Positions 18,442-26,369 are shown, counted from the first letter of the stretch. The stretch: DNA of 64,000 bases from an uncultured bacterium (GCA_902779865.1 CACZDG010000007.1:8958-72957); one strand, 5' to 3'. Notes: a model not told the origin generated them from the sequence alone. Program-made: numbers and translations.

Positions 18442-19650
18442 ATGAAGACGCGCACGTTCATAGACCAGGTTGACGTAATCGTCCGCTCCGGTAAGGGTGG
18501 CGACGGCTCCGCCTCGTTCCGGCGTGAGGCGCTCGTCGCCTTCGGTGGACCCGACGGCGGTGATGGTGGACGCGGCGGCGACGTGGTGTTGCGCGCTTCG
18601 ACGCACGTCAACTCGCTCATCTCGCTCTACTTCGATCCGAAGCTCTTTGCCGAGGATGGAGTGCCCGGTTCTGGTAAGCGATGCTACGGGCGGCGCGGGA
18701 AGGACCTCGTCGTAGATGTGCCTTGCGGGACGCTGGTGACGGACTCAGACACCGGACTCATGGTGGCGGACATCGTGTCGCCCGGACAGCGCGTTGTCGT
18801 CGCGAAGGGCGGCGTGGGCGGTTTTGGAAACGTCCACTTCAAAAGCTCCGTCAACCAGGCCCCTACCGAACACACTCCAGGAGGACCCGCCGAGGAGCGT
18901 CGTCTGCACCTTGAACTGAAGACGATTGCGGACGCTGGCTTGCTCGGCTTCCCCAACGCCGGGAAGAGTTCGCTCCTTACGGCGCTTTCATCAGCGACGC
19001 CGAAGATCGCCTCGTATCCGTTCACCACGCTCAACCCGATCGTCGGCACGATAGAGTACGAGGACTTCGCGCAAGTGCGCATGGCGGACGTGCCCGGTAT
19101 CATCGAGGGCGCTTCGCGTGGCGTCGGCCTCGGAATCGCCTTCCTCAAGCACCTCGAACGCGCGCGCGTGCTCGTTTACGTGATTGACATGGCCGGCACG
19201 GACAACCGCAAGCCGTGGGATGACTTCCGCATACTGTCCGATGAAATCGCCGCGTTCAACACGGAGCTGCCGGAGCGTCCTGCTTTGGTGGTTGCCAACA
19301 AGATGGACCAGGCGGCTGCGCGCCGCAACTTGAAACGTTTTGTAAAGGAGACCGGGGTCACGCCCATCGCGCTCAGCTGCACGCCTACGCTCAAGGACCT
19401 GCGCGAGTACGCCGACTTGAAGGACTATCCGGGTCAAGTTGGCATGGAAGCCTTTAAGACTGCGCTCAGGGACCTTGTAAACCCCAAGCCTCGCGCGCAA
19501 CAGCATTTGGAGGCACCGCCTCCGCCGCTCCACGAGATGCCGGATACGACGGGCGAGGAAATCCCCGCCGAAGCGCTGAAGTTCGCGACATTCCTAAAGC
19601 TAGACGCGCCGAAGAAGAAGTCGCACCCCTCGCGCGGCAACATTCATTGA
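18442..19650 (+). CDS. obg: GTPase Obg/CgtA
   Basis: Obg fold N-terminus FIDQVDVIVRSGKGGDGSASFRRE. G1 GFPNAGKSSLL. G3 DVPGIIEGAS. G4 NKMD. Confidence 0.93.
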   Translation: MKTRTFIDQVDVIVRSGKGGDGSASFRREALVAFGGPDGGDGGRGGDVVLRASTHVNSLISLYFDPKLFAEDGVPGSGKRCYGRRGKDLVVDVPCGTLVTDSDTGLMVADIVSPGQRVVVAKGGVGGFGNVHFKSSVNQAPTEHTPGGPAEERRLHLELKTIADAGLLGFPNAGKSSLLTALSSATPKIASYPFTTLNPIVGTIEYEDFAQVRMADVPGIIEGASRGVGLGIAFLKHLERARVLVYVIDMAGTDNRKPWDDFRILSDEIAAFNTELPERPALVVANKMDQAAARRNLKRFVKETGVTPIALSCTPTLKDLREYADLKDYPGQVGMEAFKTALRDLVNPKPRAQQHLEAPPPPLHEMPDTTGEEIPAEALKFATFLKLDAPKKKSHPSRGNIH

Positions 19651-19660
19651 TAATGATTCA

Positions 19661-20035
19661 CTAGTGGATGAGTTGGCTTCTGATCTCTTGTCCGAAGGCT
19701 TCCACCCATTCGTTGTATTCGTCTTTGCCGATTCTCTTGGCCAGTTTTTTCGGCTGTATGATGAGGGTGGGTTTATTTAGCCTTACTTTGACTGCGATGT
19801 CGTTTTGCACGCTGGTACACGTCACGTTGTTATCATCCTCAACTTGCGGCAGGCACTTGTGGCGAACTGCGGCTTTCAGCACATCGTCCATTGCAGCCGT
19901 GTCATTTGACAGGTAATTGATTTTATATGGGGCATAACGGTAATCGATATCGTCGGAACGACATCCGGCAATGCCAAGTGTCAAGGCCGCGACGGCCAAC
20001 ACGGCAACGATGACTTTTGATTTCATTGACTTCAT
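19661..20035 (-). CDS. Small hypothetical lipoprotein (only minus-strand gene in the window)
   Basis: Lipoprotein signal MKSMKSKVIVAVLAVAALTLGIAGC. 124 aa, AT-richer than its neighbours, no recognised domain. Confidence 0.5.
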   Translation of the reverse strand: MKSMKSKVIVAVLAVAALTLGIAGCRSDDIDYRYAPYKINYLSNDTAAMDDVLKAAVRHKCLPQVEDDNNVTCTSVQNDIAVKVRLNKPTLIIQPKKLAKRIGKDEYNEWVEAFGQEIRSQLIH

Positions 20036-20305
20036 TTCCTTTCGTTAATACACTTCTTCTCAGACAGGGTTATTATACCACATATTTGCCGTGCATGCGA
20101 AGATCATGCAAATGTGGGAAGATACACTTTGAGCATTTCAAAGACACTCCAGATTTTCTCACTTGCAACAGGCGGGTGGATTTGGCATACTATTTGCGTT
20201 GGATTCTTCAGTTGCGCAGGAGGTGTCTTGTGAGTTCCATCAGGTCGGGTGGCCTGGCTCGTAGGCTGCGTGAAAGAGGGGTGCTTCAAGGACGCGGATA
20301 AGGCT

Positions 20306-22468
20306 ATGGACGGCGACACAATCGGCAACGAGCGGACGATTGATAACGTTAGAACAATCGGCGACGAGCGGACGATTCCGACGCATGCCGGCTCCGCTCT
20401 TGGCCGTATCGACCAGTACGAATTGCTGAAGGAACTTGGCGGAGGCGGGTTCGGGACGGTGTATCTCGCCAAAGACACGGTTTCCGGCATCGAAGTGGCG
20501 GTGAAGGGACTCCCTCTGTTCGTGCGTAACAACCGCGAGGAGATGGAGAACATCCGTTCGAACTTCGCGCTCGTCTCGCGCCTCACGCACACCAACATCG
20601 CCAAGGCGCTCGTACTGCATCCCGCGAAGGAGGTCGTATATGAGTCTGAGGATGTCCGCAAGAAGCTGCGCGTCGATTCCGGCGATACGTTGATGGTGAT
20701 GGATTACGCGCCGGGGGTCACGCTCTCGCAGTGGCGCAGGCAGTTCCCAGACAGGAAAGTGCCGCTTGAGCAGGCGCTGGAGATCACGCGCCAGATCGCC
20801 TCGGCGCTAGACTACGCGCACGAACTCCGGGTCGTTCACCGCGACATCAAGCCCACCAACATGATGATAGAGACGGCGGAAGACGGCTCTGTGAAGGTGC
20901 GTGTGCTCGACTTCGGCCTTGCGGCGGAGATCCGTTCGTCCATGGGGCGGGTCTCGCGGGAGATCCACGACACATCCGGCACGTGTCCCTACATGGCCCC
21001 GGAGCAGTGGCTCGGGGCCAAGCAGGGGCCGGCGACAGACCAGTACTCGCTTGCGGCGATGTTCTGCGAGCTCGTTACGGGTGACGTGCCGTTCGCGTCG
21101 GTGTTCGACACCGGCGACCCGGTGGTGATGATGAACGCCGTCGGACGCGAGCCGTTCGACCCGTCGCAGGACCTGCCGAAGCCGATCCGTCTTGCGCTTT
21201 CCAAGGCACTTGCCAAGCGGCCGGAAGAGCGCTTCGCGAGCTGCGGCGACTTTGTGGCCGCGCTGGAGGGGCGTGGTTTTAGCCGCAAAGAACGCAAAGA
21301 AGCGGGAGGGCCGCGCCCCGTCGCGGCCGTGAAGGGCATCCTCGCCGCCGCCGCGCTTGGTCTGGCGGCTTTTGGCGGCTGGTGGTGGATGAGTGGTCGG
21401 GAAGGGACGAAAGGGACACAGGGGACAGAAGAGACAATTGGGACAAACGTGACGAACGTCGTTCAAGTCTCTTCGGTCACTCAGGTCGCTTCACCCGCGC
21501 GTGAGCGCCGCGCGAAGTGGCGTAAAGAAGGCGAACAGTTCACCATCAACAATCCATACGGGCTAAACATGACGATGAAGTGGTGCCCGGCGGGTACGTT
21601 CACGATGGGAAGCCCTCCGACGGAGGAAGGGCGTTACGATGACGAGAGGCAGCATGAGGTGACGCTCACCAAGGGCTTCTGGATGGGGCAGACGGAGGTG
21701 ACGCAGGGGCAGTGGAAGAAGATCATGGGCGGCGAGACGATTGTCGATCTTGCGCGCAAGGGGCTTCAGGACGACACGCTCTATAATCTCCCTGGCGGGA
21801 AAAAGACGTTGCGCGAATTTTGGGGAATGTCCCGTGATGGCGATCCCATGAACCGATGCGGTGACTTGAAAGAAGACGTTCCCGTTTACAATGTCAGTTG
21901 GAACGAGGCCGTAGAGTTCTGCCGCAGGCTGACACAGCGCGAAAGGGCAGAGGGGCGGATTCCGGATGGCTATGAGTATCGTCTGCCAACTGAGGCTGAA
22001 TGGGAATACGCCTGCCGGGCCGGAACGACATCGGCCTTGCCAAACGGACGTGACATCCGCATTCTTGGCAAGAACAATGCACCTGCTCTAGACGACATCG
22101 CGTGGTACGGTGGAAATTCGAGCGTTGGGTTCAATGGACGAGGGCCTGATACGTCAAATTGGCAAGAAAAACAATATTCAGGTGGGCGAGCCTCTGCCCG
22201 CGAGGTCAAGGGCAAGCAGCCGAACAGGTGGGGACTCTACGACATGATCGGCAACGTGTGGGAATGGTGCGGCGACTGGTATGGAGATTATCCTTACGGT
22301 TCGGCTACAGACCCGACAGGTGTGGCAACCGGTGCGTTTCGCGTCGATCGCGGCGGGAGCTGGTACTTCTTCGCCCGCAACTGCCGATCCGCGAACCGCG
22401 ACGGGGTCTTGCCGGGCTGCCGCTACCGCAGCCTGGGCTTCCGCGTCGCTCTCGCTCCCAGCCACTGA
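20306..22468 (+). CDS. Ser/Thr protein kinase - TM - FGE-sulfatase (SUMF1/C-type-lectin fold) fusion protein
   Basis: Kinase motifs GGGGFGTVYLAKD, HRDIKPTNMM, DFGLA, PYMAPE. TM segment ILAAAALGLAAFGGWWW. C-terminal FGE-sulfatase signatures GNVWEWCGDWY, RGGSWYFFARNCRSANR, LGFRVAL. Start taken at the ATG at 20306. Confidence 0.85.
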   Translation: MDGDTIGNERTIDNVRTIGDERTIPTHAGSALGRIDQYELLKELGGGGFGTVYLAKDTVSGIEVAVKGLPLFVRNNREEMENIRSNFALVSRLTHTNIAKALVLHPAKEVVYESEDVRKKLRVDSGDTLMVMDYAPGVTLSQWRRQFPDRKVPLEQALEITRQIASALDYAHELRVVHRDIKPTNMMIETAEDGSVKVRVLDFGLAAEIRSSMGRVSREIHDTSGTCPYMAPEQWLGAKQGPATDQYSLAAMFCELVTGDVPFASVFDTGDPVVMMNAVGREPFDPSQDLPKPIRLALSKALAKRPEERFASCGDFVAALEGRGFSRKERKEAGGPRPVAAVKGILAAAALGLAAFGGWWWMSGREGTKGTQGTEETIGTNVTNVVQVSSVTQVASPARERRAKWRKEGEQFTINNPYGLNMTMKWCPAGTFTMGSPPTEEGRYDDERQHEVTLTKGFWMGQTEVTQGQWKKIMGGETIVDLARKGLQDDTLYNLPGGKKTLREFWGMSRDGDPMNRCGDLKEDVPVYNVSWNEAVEFCRRLTQRERAEGRIPDGYEYRLPTEAEWEYACRAGTTSALPNGRDIRILGKNNAPALDDIAWYGGNSSVGFNGRGPDTSNWQEKQYSGGRASAREVKGKQPNRWGLYDMIGNVWEWCGDWYGDYPYGSATDPTGVATGAFRVDRGGSWYFFARNCRSANRDGVLPGCRYRSLGFRVALAPSH
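21304..21328. repeat. 25-nt hairpin-forming element GGGAGGGCCGCGCCCCGTCGCGGCC (copy inside the kinase CDS)
   Basis: Exact reverse-complement copy at 22766-22790. Contains a 7-bp stem GGCCGCG/CGCGGCC with a 6-nt loop. Confidence 0.8.
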
Positions 22469-22697
22469 ACGGAGGTCAGTCTTGTCCTTGAGCAAAGAGA
22501 GCGGAGCAAGGGAGGCGCGAACGGCGGCCGGAGGCGTCCTGTGCGGAGCGCGGGTTCGCGGAGCGAAAGCCCGGCCGACGCGACGTCGCGAGCGACGTGC
22601 GAAGAAGGGTGGTCCATTAGTAGAACGCGCTGCTAGCGCGTTCACATGATGAACGGGTTACACGTTCTACATGTTCTACATGGACAATTCTTCCGAC

Positions 22698-22726
22698 TGC
22701 GCCGCCATGATGGCGGCGTTCCCAGT
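22698..22726. repeat. 29-nt direct repeat, copy 1 (contains the 19-nt palindrome CGCCGCCATGATGGCGGCG)
   Basis: TGCGCCGCCATGATGGCGGCGTTCCCAGT matches 23908-23936 at 27 of 29 positions in the same orientation. Confidence 0.75.
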
Positions 22727-22765
22727 CAAACTGATCGCCAATTGATATTTGTGATTTTGAACAAT

Positions 22766-22790
22766 GGCCGCGACGGGGCGCGGCCCTCCC
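22766..22790. repeat. Inverted exact copy of the 25-nt element at 21304-21328 (intergenic)
   Basis: GGCCGCGACGGGGCGCGGCCCTCCC is the exact reverse complement of 21304-21328. Confidence 0.8.
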
Positions 22791-23232
22791 GTGTATTTCC
22801 ATGTGTGGTATTTGGCACGAAAATCGTACCAATGTGGTTGCTTCATTGGCCGGAATATTGTACCATACTTGCCATAAAAGAGGTGTTGCAGGAATTCTGC
22901 CATAATTGCAGAATGGCTATTTTTGCATTTTGAAGATACATCACGCAGAGGAACGGGGACACAGAGAAAAATGGGTGGATTTCAAATTTCAACCCCAAAA
23001 CTCTCTGTGTCTCTGTGGCTTTGTGTGAGAAATGGTCCAACAGATCCTTTGGACCCCAAAAACCTAACCCGACCAAAAACATGGCATTTTACAGGGCTTT
23101 TTAGGGGCAAACTTCGAGAACCGTGCCTATCGCGCTTTTTCTTGCAGTCATGCTTTTTGAATGTAACGGTTTTTGAGACAATGAAGCGATTCTAGTCGGC
23201 CTATAATACGTGTGGGATGCATGTTTTGTCTG

Positions 23233-23412
23233 GGTGCCCGAGCGTCTTAGACTGGGGTGTACATGCGTCTTTGTGGGGGGGTAAGAGCGTCCTACACCTA
23301 GGTGTACGTGCGTCTTAGTGGGGGTGTAAGAACGCCCTACACCTAGGTGTACTTGCGTCATGGTGGGGGTGTAAGAGCACCTTAGACTAGGGTGTAAAAG
23401 GGACGTGTACTC
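23233..23412. repeat. Tandem array of four 45-bp units with internal GGTGTA/TACACC inverted repeats (iteron-like)
   Basis: Hand alignment of four contiguous 45-nt units, for example GGTGTAAGAACGCCCTACACCTAGGTGTACTTGCGTCATGGTGGG. The two inner units are near-identical and the two outer units resemble each other. Confidence 0.75.
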
Positions 23413-23671
23413 CGAGTGGTTGATGTCTGATTGAGGTATGGAGCGTCCCATAACATAAAATATGCCTTCAGGGGTAAAACGCGCTTTTGGAAATTATGTC
23501 ATTCGCTTCATCTAGAATGTTGCCGTTTCCATGGGGCGCAAATTTGGCGCGTTAACCCGACTTTCCACGTTCGACCTAAGTTTCAACTTTTTTTCACGCT
23601 GATAAATAACTTCAAATGTTCGGCGGTTGGCACTGGATTCAGCCGGCTATCGCCGCGAAAAGCCGTGTAGT

Positions 23672-23707
23672 GAAGACTTGCCCCCTTGGGAAGACTTGCC
23701 CCCTTGG
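23672..23707. repeat. Perfect 18-bp tandem duplication GAAGACTTGCCCCCTTGG x2
   Basis: Identical copies at 23672-23689 and 23690-23707, flanked on both sides by AAAGCCGTG. It lies about 30 nt upstream of the transposase-fragment ATG. Confidence 0.8.
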
Positions 23708-23737
23708 AAAGCCGTGCCGGATTGAGATAATACCGGC

Positions 23738-23938
23738 ATGTTTCTTCGGGCCACAAAGAGATTCAAGGACGGCAAGGTCCACCTGTACTGGAGCATGGTG
23801 GAGAACGTGCGCGTCGGCAGGCGCGTGTTCCAGCGCAGGGCGCTGTACACCTCGGCGAGCGAGTCCTACCATGTGGTGGCTTGCCGAGGATGGCTCGCCA
23901 TGTTGGGTGCGCCGCCAAGATGGCAGCGTTCCCAGTAA
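23738..23938 (+). pseudogene. N-terminal remnant of an IS4/IS1634-superfamily-like transposase
   Basis: MFLRATKRFKDGKVHLYWSMVENVRVGRRVFQRRALY resembles the conserved MFLR.TKR.KDGK.H.YWS.VEN.R...R.VQR.VLYLGE N-terminus that I recall for such transposases. The LYLGE continuation is only readable after a frame slip, and the ORF ends after 66 codons with no DDE domain. Confidence 0.45.
23908..23936. repeat. 29-nt direct repeat, copy 2
   Basis: TGCGCCGCCAAGATGGCAGCGTTCCCAGT. It has two substitutions relative to copy 1, both within the palindrome. Confidence 0.75.
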
Positions 23939-24010
23939 GAGTGGAAAACAGGATTGACCTGTTTTGCCACTACTTTGGAAATCTGAATTGAAATATGGCG
24001 CCGAATCGCG

Positions 24011-24016
24011 TATAAT
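24011..24016 (+). promoter_or_regulatory. -10 box TATAAT upstream of the rubredoxin-lysS unit
   Basis: Exact TATAAT 50 nt upstream of the ATG at 24067. GAAGGAG Shine-Dalgarno in between. Confidence 0.45.
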
Positions 24017-24066
24017 ATGGGGCGTCTGGAGGGATTGTCCCGCCGGAGGAAGAGAAGGAGAAGTCC

Positions 24067-24204
24067 ATGAAGAAGTATGTGTGCAAGATCTGCGGTCACG
24101 TGTATGACCCTGCGGAGAACAACGGCGTCGCGTTTGAGGACCTGCCGGATGACTGGGCATGCCCTGTCTGCGGCGTGGGCAAGGATCAGTTCGAAGAGGC
24201 TTAA
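24067..24204 (+). CDS. Rubredoxin (45 aa, below the ORF-track length cutoff)
   Basis: My translation is [45 protein letters not shown]. It has two CxxCG knuckles plus the DLPDDW.CP motif. Good Shine-Dalgarno GAAGGAG. Confidence 0.9.
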   Translation: MKKYVCKICGHVYDPAENNGVAFEDLPDDWACPVCGVGKDQFEEA

Positions 24205-24208
24205 TTCA

Positions 24209-25657
24209 ATGGCACAGGAGACGAACGAATACCGCGAGAACCGGCTGGCGTCGCTGAAGGCTCTCGCGGAGATGGGTTTTACCCCATACGGCCATGCGTT
24301 CCCGCACACGGACCTGAAGGTTGTCCGCGCCGAGTTTGAAGAGGGCAAGGAGGTGACTGTAGCCGGTCGCCTGTTGATGATCCGCCGCATGGGCAAGATG
24401 AACTTCTGCACGCTCAACGACGGCACGGACCGTTTCCAGCTGATCTTCAAGCGCGACGAGCTGGACGAACGTCTCTTCGCTGGCTTCAAGCAGCTCAACC
24501 TCGGCGATATCATCGGTGTGAAGGGTAGGCTTTTCACCACGCAGAAGGGTGAGAGGTCTGTGATCGTTAAGGAGTGGGAACTCCTCGCCAAGGCGCTCGA
24601 GCAGCCGCCGGAGAAGTTCCATGGCCTCGCCGACCAGGAGGAGTGCTACCGCCGTCGCTACGTCGATCTGATGACGAACGACGAGAGCCGCGAACGCTTC
24701 TTCACGCGTTCCCGCCTCATTATGGAGATCCGCAAGTACCTCTGGGAGCGCGGTTTCGTGGAAGTGGAAACGCCCATCCTCCAGGACCAGGCCGGCGGCG
24801 CCGCCGCCAAGCCGTTCTTCTCGCACTTCAATGCGCTCGACAAGGACTGCGTGATGCGCATCGCCCCGGAGCTCTACCTCAAGCGACTCCTCGTGGGCGG
24901 CATGAACAAGGTGTTCGAACTCGGCAAGGACTTCCGCAACGAGGGTATTGACCGTACGCACAATCCCGAGTTTACCGTGTGCGAGATATACGAGGCTTAC
25001 GGCGACCGTGCCTCGATGGAGAACATCATGGAGGGACTTCTCCCGCATCTCTGCGATAAGGTGATCGGCAAGCGCGTGATTGAATACGGAGAGAACAAGG
25101 TTCCGATCGACTTCACGCCGCCGTACCGCCGCGTTGCGTACAAGGATCTCGTGAAGGAGCTGATGGGCGACGACTGGTTCGACCTTGACTTCGTCACGCA
25201 GCTTGAAAAGGCCAAGGCGAAGGGTGCAGAGACCGATACCAACCTTGAGCTGGACGGTGTCACGAACGAGTTGATGCTCACGCACGAGGTCTATGACAAG
25301 CTCATCGAGCGCAACCTGATGCAGCCCACTTTCGTGACGCGCATTCCGCACGAATTCGTGCCACTTGCCAAGGCGTGCAAGGATGATCCTTCGCTCGTGG
25401 ACGTGTTCGAGTTCGTCGTGGCCGGACGCGAGCTGTGCCCCGGTTATACCGAGCAGAACGATCCGCTCGAGCAGCGCAAGGCACTTGAGAACCAGGCGGG
25501 CGAGGATACGGAGAAGATAGACGAGGACTTCATCAGCGCGCTTGAATGCGGTATGCCGCCGACTGGCGGACTCGGCTTCGGCGTGGATCGACTCGTGATG
25601 TTCCTCACCGGCACGGACTCCATCCGCGACGTGGTCCTCTTCCCGCAGTTGAAGTAG
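24209..25657 (+). CDS. lysS: Lysine--tRNA ligase (class II)
   Basis: N-terminal OB domain, then class II motifs FVEVETPILQ, FRNEGID.THNPEFT and GGLGFGVDRLVMF. Start taken at MAQETNEYRENR (ATG 24209), not the longer ORF-track start that overlaps rubredoxin. Confidence 0.93.
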   Translation: MAQETNEYRENRLASLKALAEMGFTPYGHAFPHTDLKVVRAEFEEGKEVTVAGRLLMIRRMGKMNFCTLNDGTDRFQLIFKRDELDERLFAGFKQLNLGDIIGVKGRLFTTQKGERSVIVKEWELLAKALEQPPEKFHGLADQEECYRRRYVDLMTNDESRERFFTRSRLIMEIRKYLWERGFVEVETPILQDQAGGAAAKPFFSHFNALDKDCVMRIAPELYLKRLLVGGMNKVFELGKDFRNEGIDRTHNPEFTVCEIYEAYGDRASMENIMEGLLPHLCDKVIGKRVIEYGENKVPIDFTPPYRRVAYKDLVKELMGDDWFDLDFVTQLEKAKAKGAETDTNLELDGVTNELMLTHEVYDKLIERNLMQPTFVTRIPHEFVPLAKACKDDPSLVDVFEFVVAGRELCPGYTEQNDPLEQRKALENQAGEDTEKIDEDFISALECGMPPTGGLGFGVDRLVMFLTGTDSIRDVVLFPQLK

Positions 25658-25666
25658 CGCTGCCAC

Positions 25667-26341
25667 ATGAAGAATACGCCGCCAGTAAAGGACATCGGTT
25701 TCGCCAAACTCGACTTCGCGCGCCGTACGCGCACGGGATTCGGCGAGACCGTGTTCGGCCCTGGCAAGACGCCGGAGCAGATGGTTGGCATCTTCAAGGC
25801 CTTCCGCGAACGGCGTTTGCCCGTCCTCGCAACGCGCTGCACTTCCGCGCAGGCGGACGCGCTTGCGGCGGCTGGTGTGCCGGTGAAGTACGATTCCGTT
25901 GCGCGCGCGATTGTCTCTGGCTGGGGACGGAACCGCAAGTTGAAAGGACGCGTGGCGGTGTTGACCGGCGGCACGGCGGATATCCCAGTGGCGGAGGAAG
26001 CCGCCCATACGGTGGAGTTCTTCGGTGGCACGGCGGACCGATTTTTCGACGTTGGCGTAGCGGGGCTGCATAGGCTGCTCTCGAAGATCGACGCCATCCG
26101 CAATGCGGACGTCGTCATCGCAGTCGCGGGAATGGAGGGGGCGCTTCCAAGCGTCGTGGCGGGGTTGGTGTCCGCGCCCGTCGTGGCGGTGCCGACGTCC
26201 GTAGGGTACGGCGTGGGCTCTGGCGGCGTGGCCGCCGCGCTCGCTATGCTCAATTCATGCGCGGAGGGAGTGTCGGTGGTGAACATCGACAACGGCTTCG
26301 GCGCAGCGGTCGTAGCCTGCCGCATGTTAAAGGCAAGATGA
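25667..26341 (+). CDS. larB: LarB-like nickel-pincer cofactor biosynthesis protein (PurE-related, COG1691)
   Basis: VLTGGTADIPVAEEAAHTVEFFG, DVGVAGLHRLL, AVAGMEGALPSVVAGLVSAPVVAVPTSVGYG, VVNIDNGFGAA. Confidence 0.8.
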   Translation: MKNTPPVKDIGFAKLDFARRTRTGFGETVFGPGKTPEQMVGIFKAFRERRLPVLATRCTSAQADALAAAGVPVKYDSVARAIVSGWGRNRKLKGRVAVLTGGTADIPVAEEAAHTVEFFGGTADRFFDVGVAGLHRLLSKIDAIRNADVVIAVAGMEGALPSVVAGLVSAPVVAVPTSVGYGVGSGGVAAALAMLNSCAEGVSVVNIDNGFGAAVVACRMLKAR

Positions 26342-26360
26342 TGTAGCTGTCAGATAAGGA

Positions 26361-26369
26361 TGTTATACT
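26361..26369 (+). promoter_or_regulatory. Extended -10 box TGTTATACT, 6 nt upstream of the ATG at 26376 (leaderless)
   Basis: TGnTATACT. No room for a Shine-Dalgarno. Confidence 0.45.

Noticed and set aside
22300-22468. Possible diversity-generating retroelement (DGR) variable region at the 3' end of the kinase-FGE gene. FGE-sulfatase/CLec domains are classic DGR targets. The segment SWYFFARNCRSANRDGVLPGCRYRSLGFR has Y, F, D, V, G, C and S (mostly NNC codons) where many family members have Asn.
   Set aside because: I found no template repeat on either strand and no reverse transcriptase or Avd-like ORF anywhere in the 64 kb. C-ending codons are expected anyway in this GC-rich genome, and two of the codons (GGG, TTG) do not fit AAC-derived mutagenesis. 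It would need a whole-genome search for a TR/RT pair before it could be claimed.
22178-22933. Short ORFs in the post-kinase region and scar: 22178-22645(-), 22281-22649(+), 22646-22933(+), 22676-22903(-), 23101-23451(-), 23431-23670(+) and 23639-24160(-).
   Set aside because: None has a Shine-Dalgarno, and all have repeat-derived or Arg-rich low-complexity translations. For example, 23101-23451(-) simply reads through the 45-bp array as HLGVGRSYTPTKTHV repeats. They overlap one another in different frames.
23233-23412. CRISPR array interpretation of the 45-bp repeats.
   Set aside because: The units are directly contiguous with no unique spacers. There are only four copies, and no cas genes are present in the window.
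24077-24208. Longer ORF-track starts for several genes: lysS 24077, rlmI 26723, purB 28127, the histidine kinase 34699, 37062, 39678, 40268, 41827, 42552 and 45259.
   Set aside because: The N-terminal extensions overlap the preceding gene in another frame and translate to low-complexity sequence. Internal ATG/GTG codons reproduce the canonical protein N-termini and give ATGA/TGATG-type coupling, so the internal starts were used.
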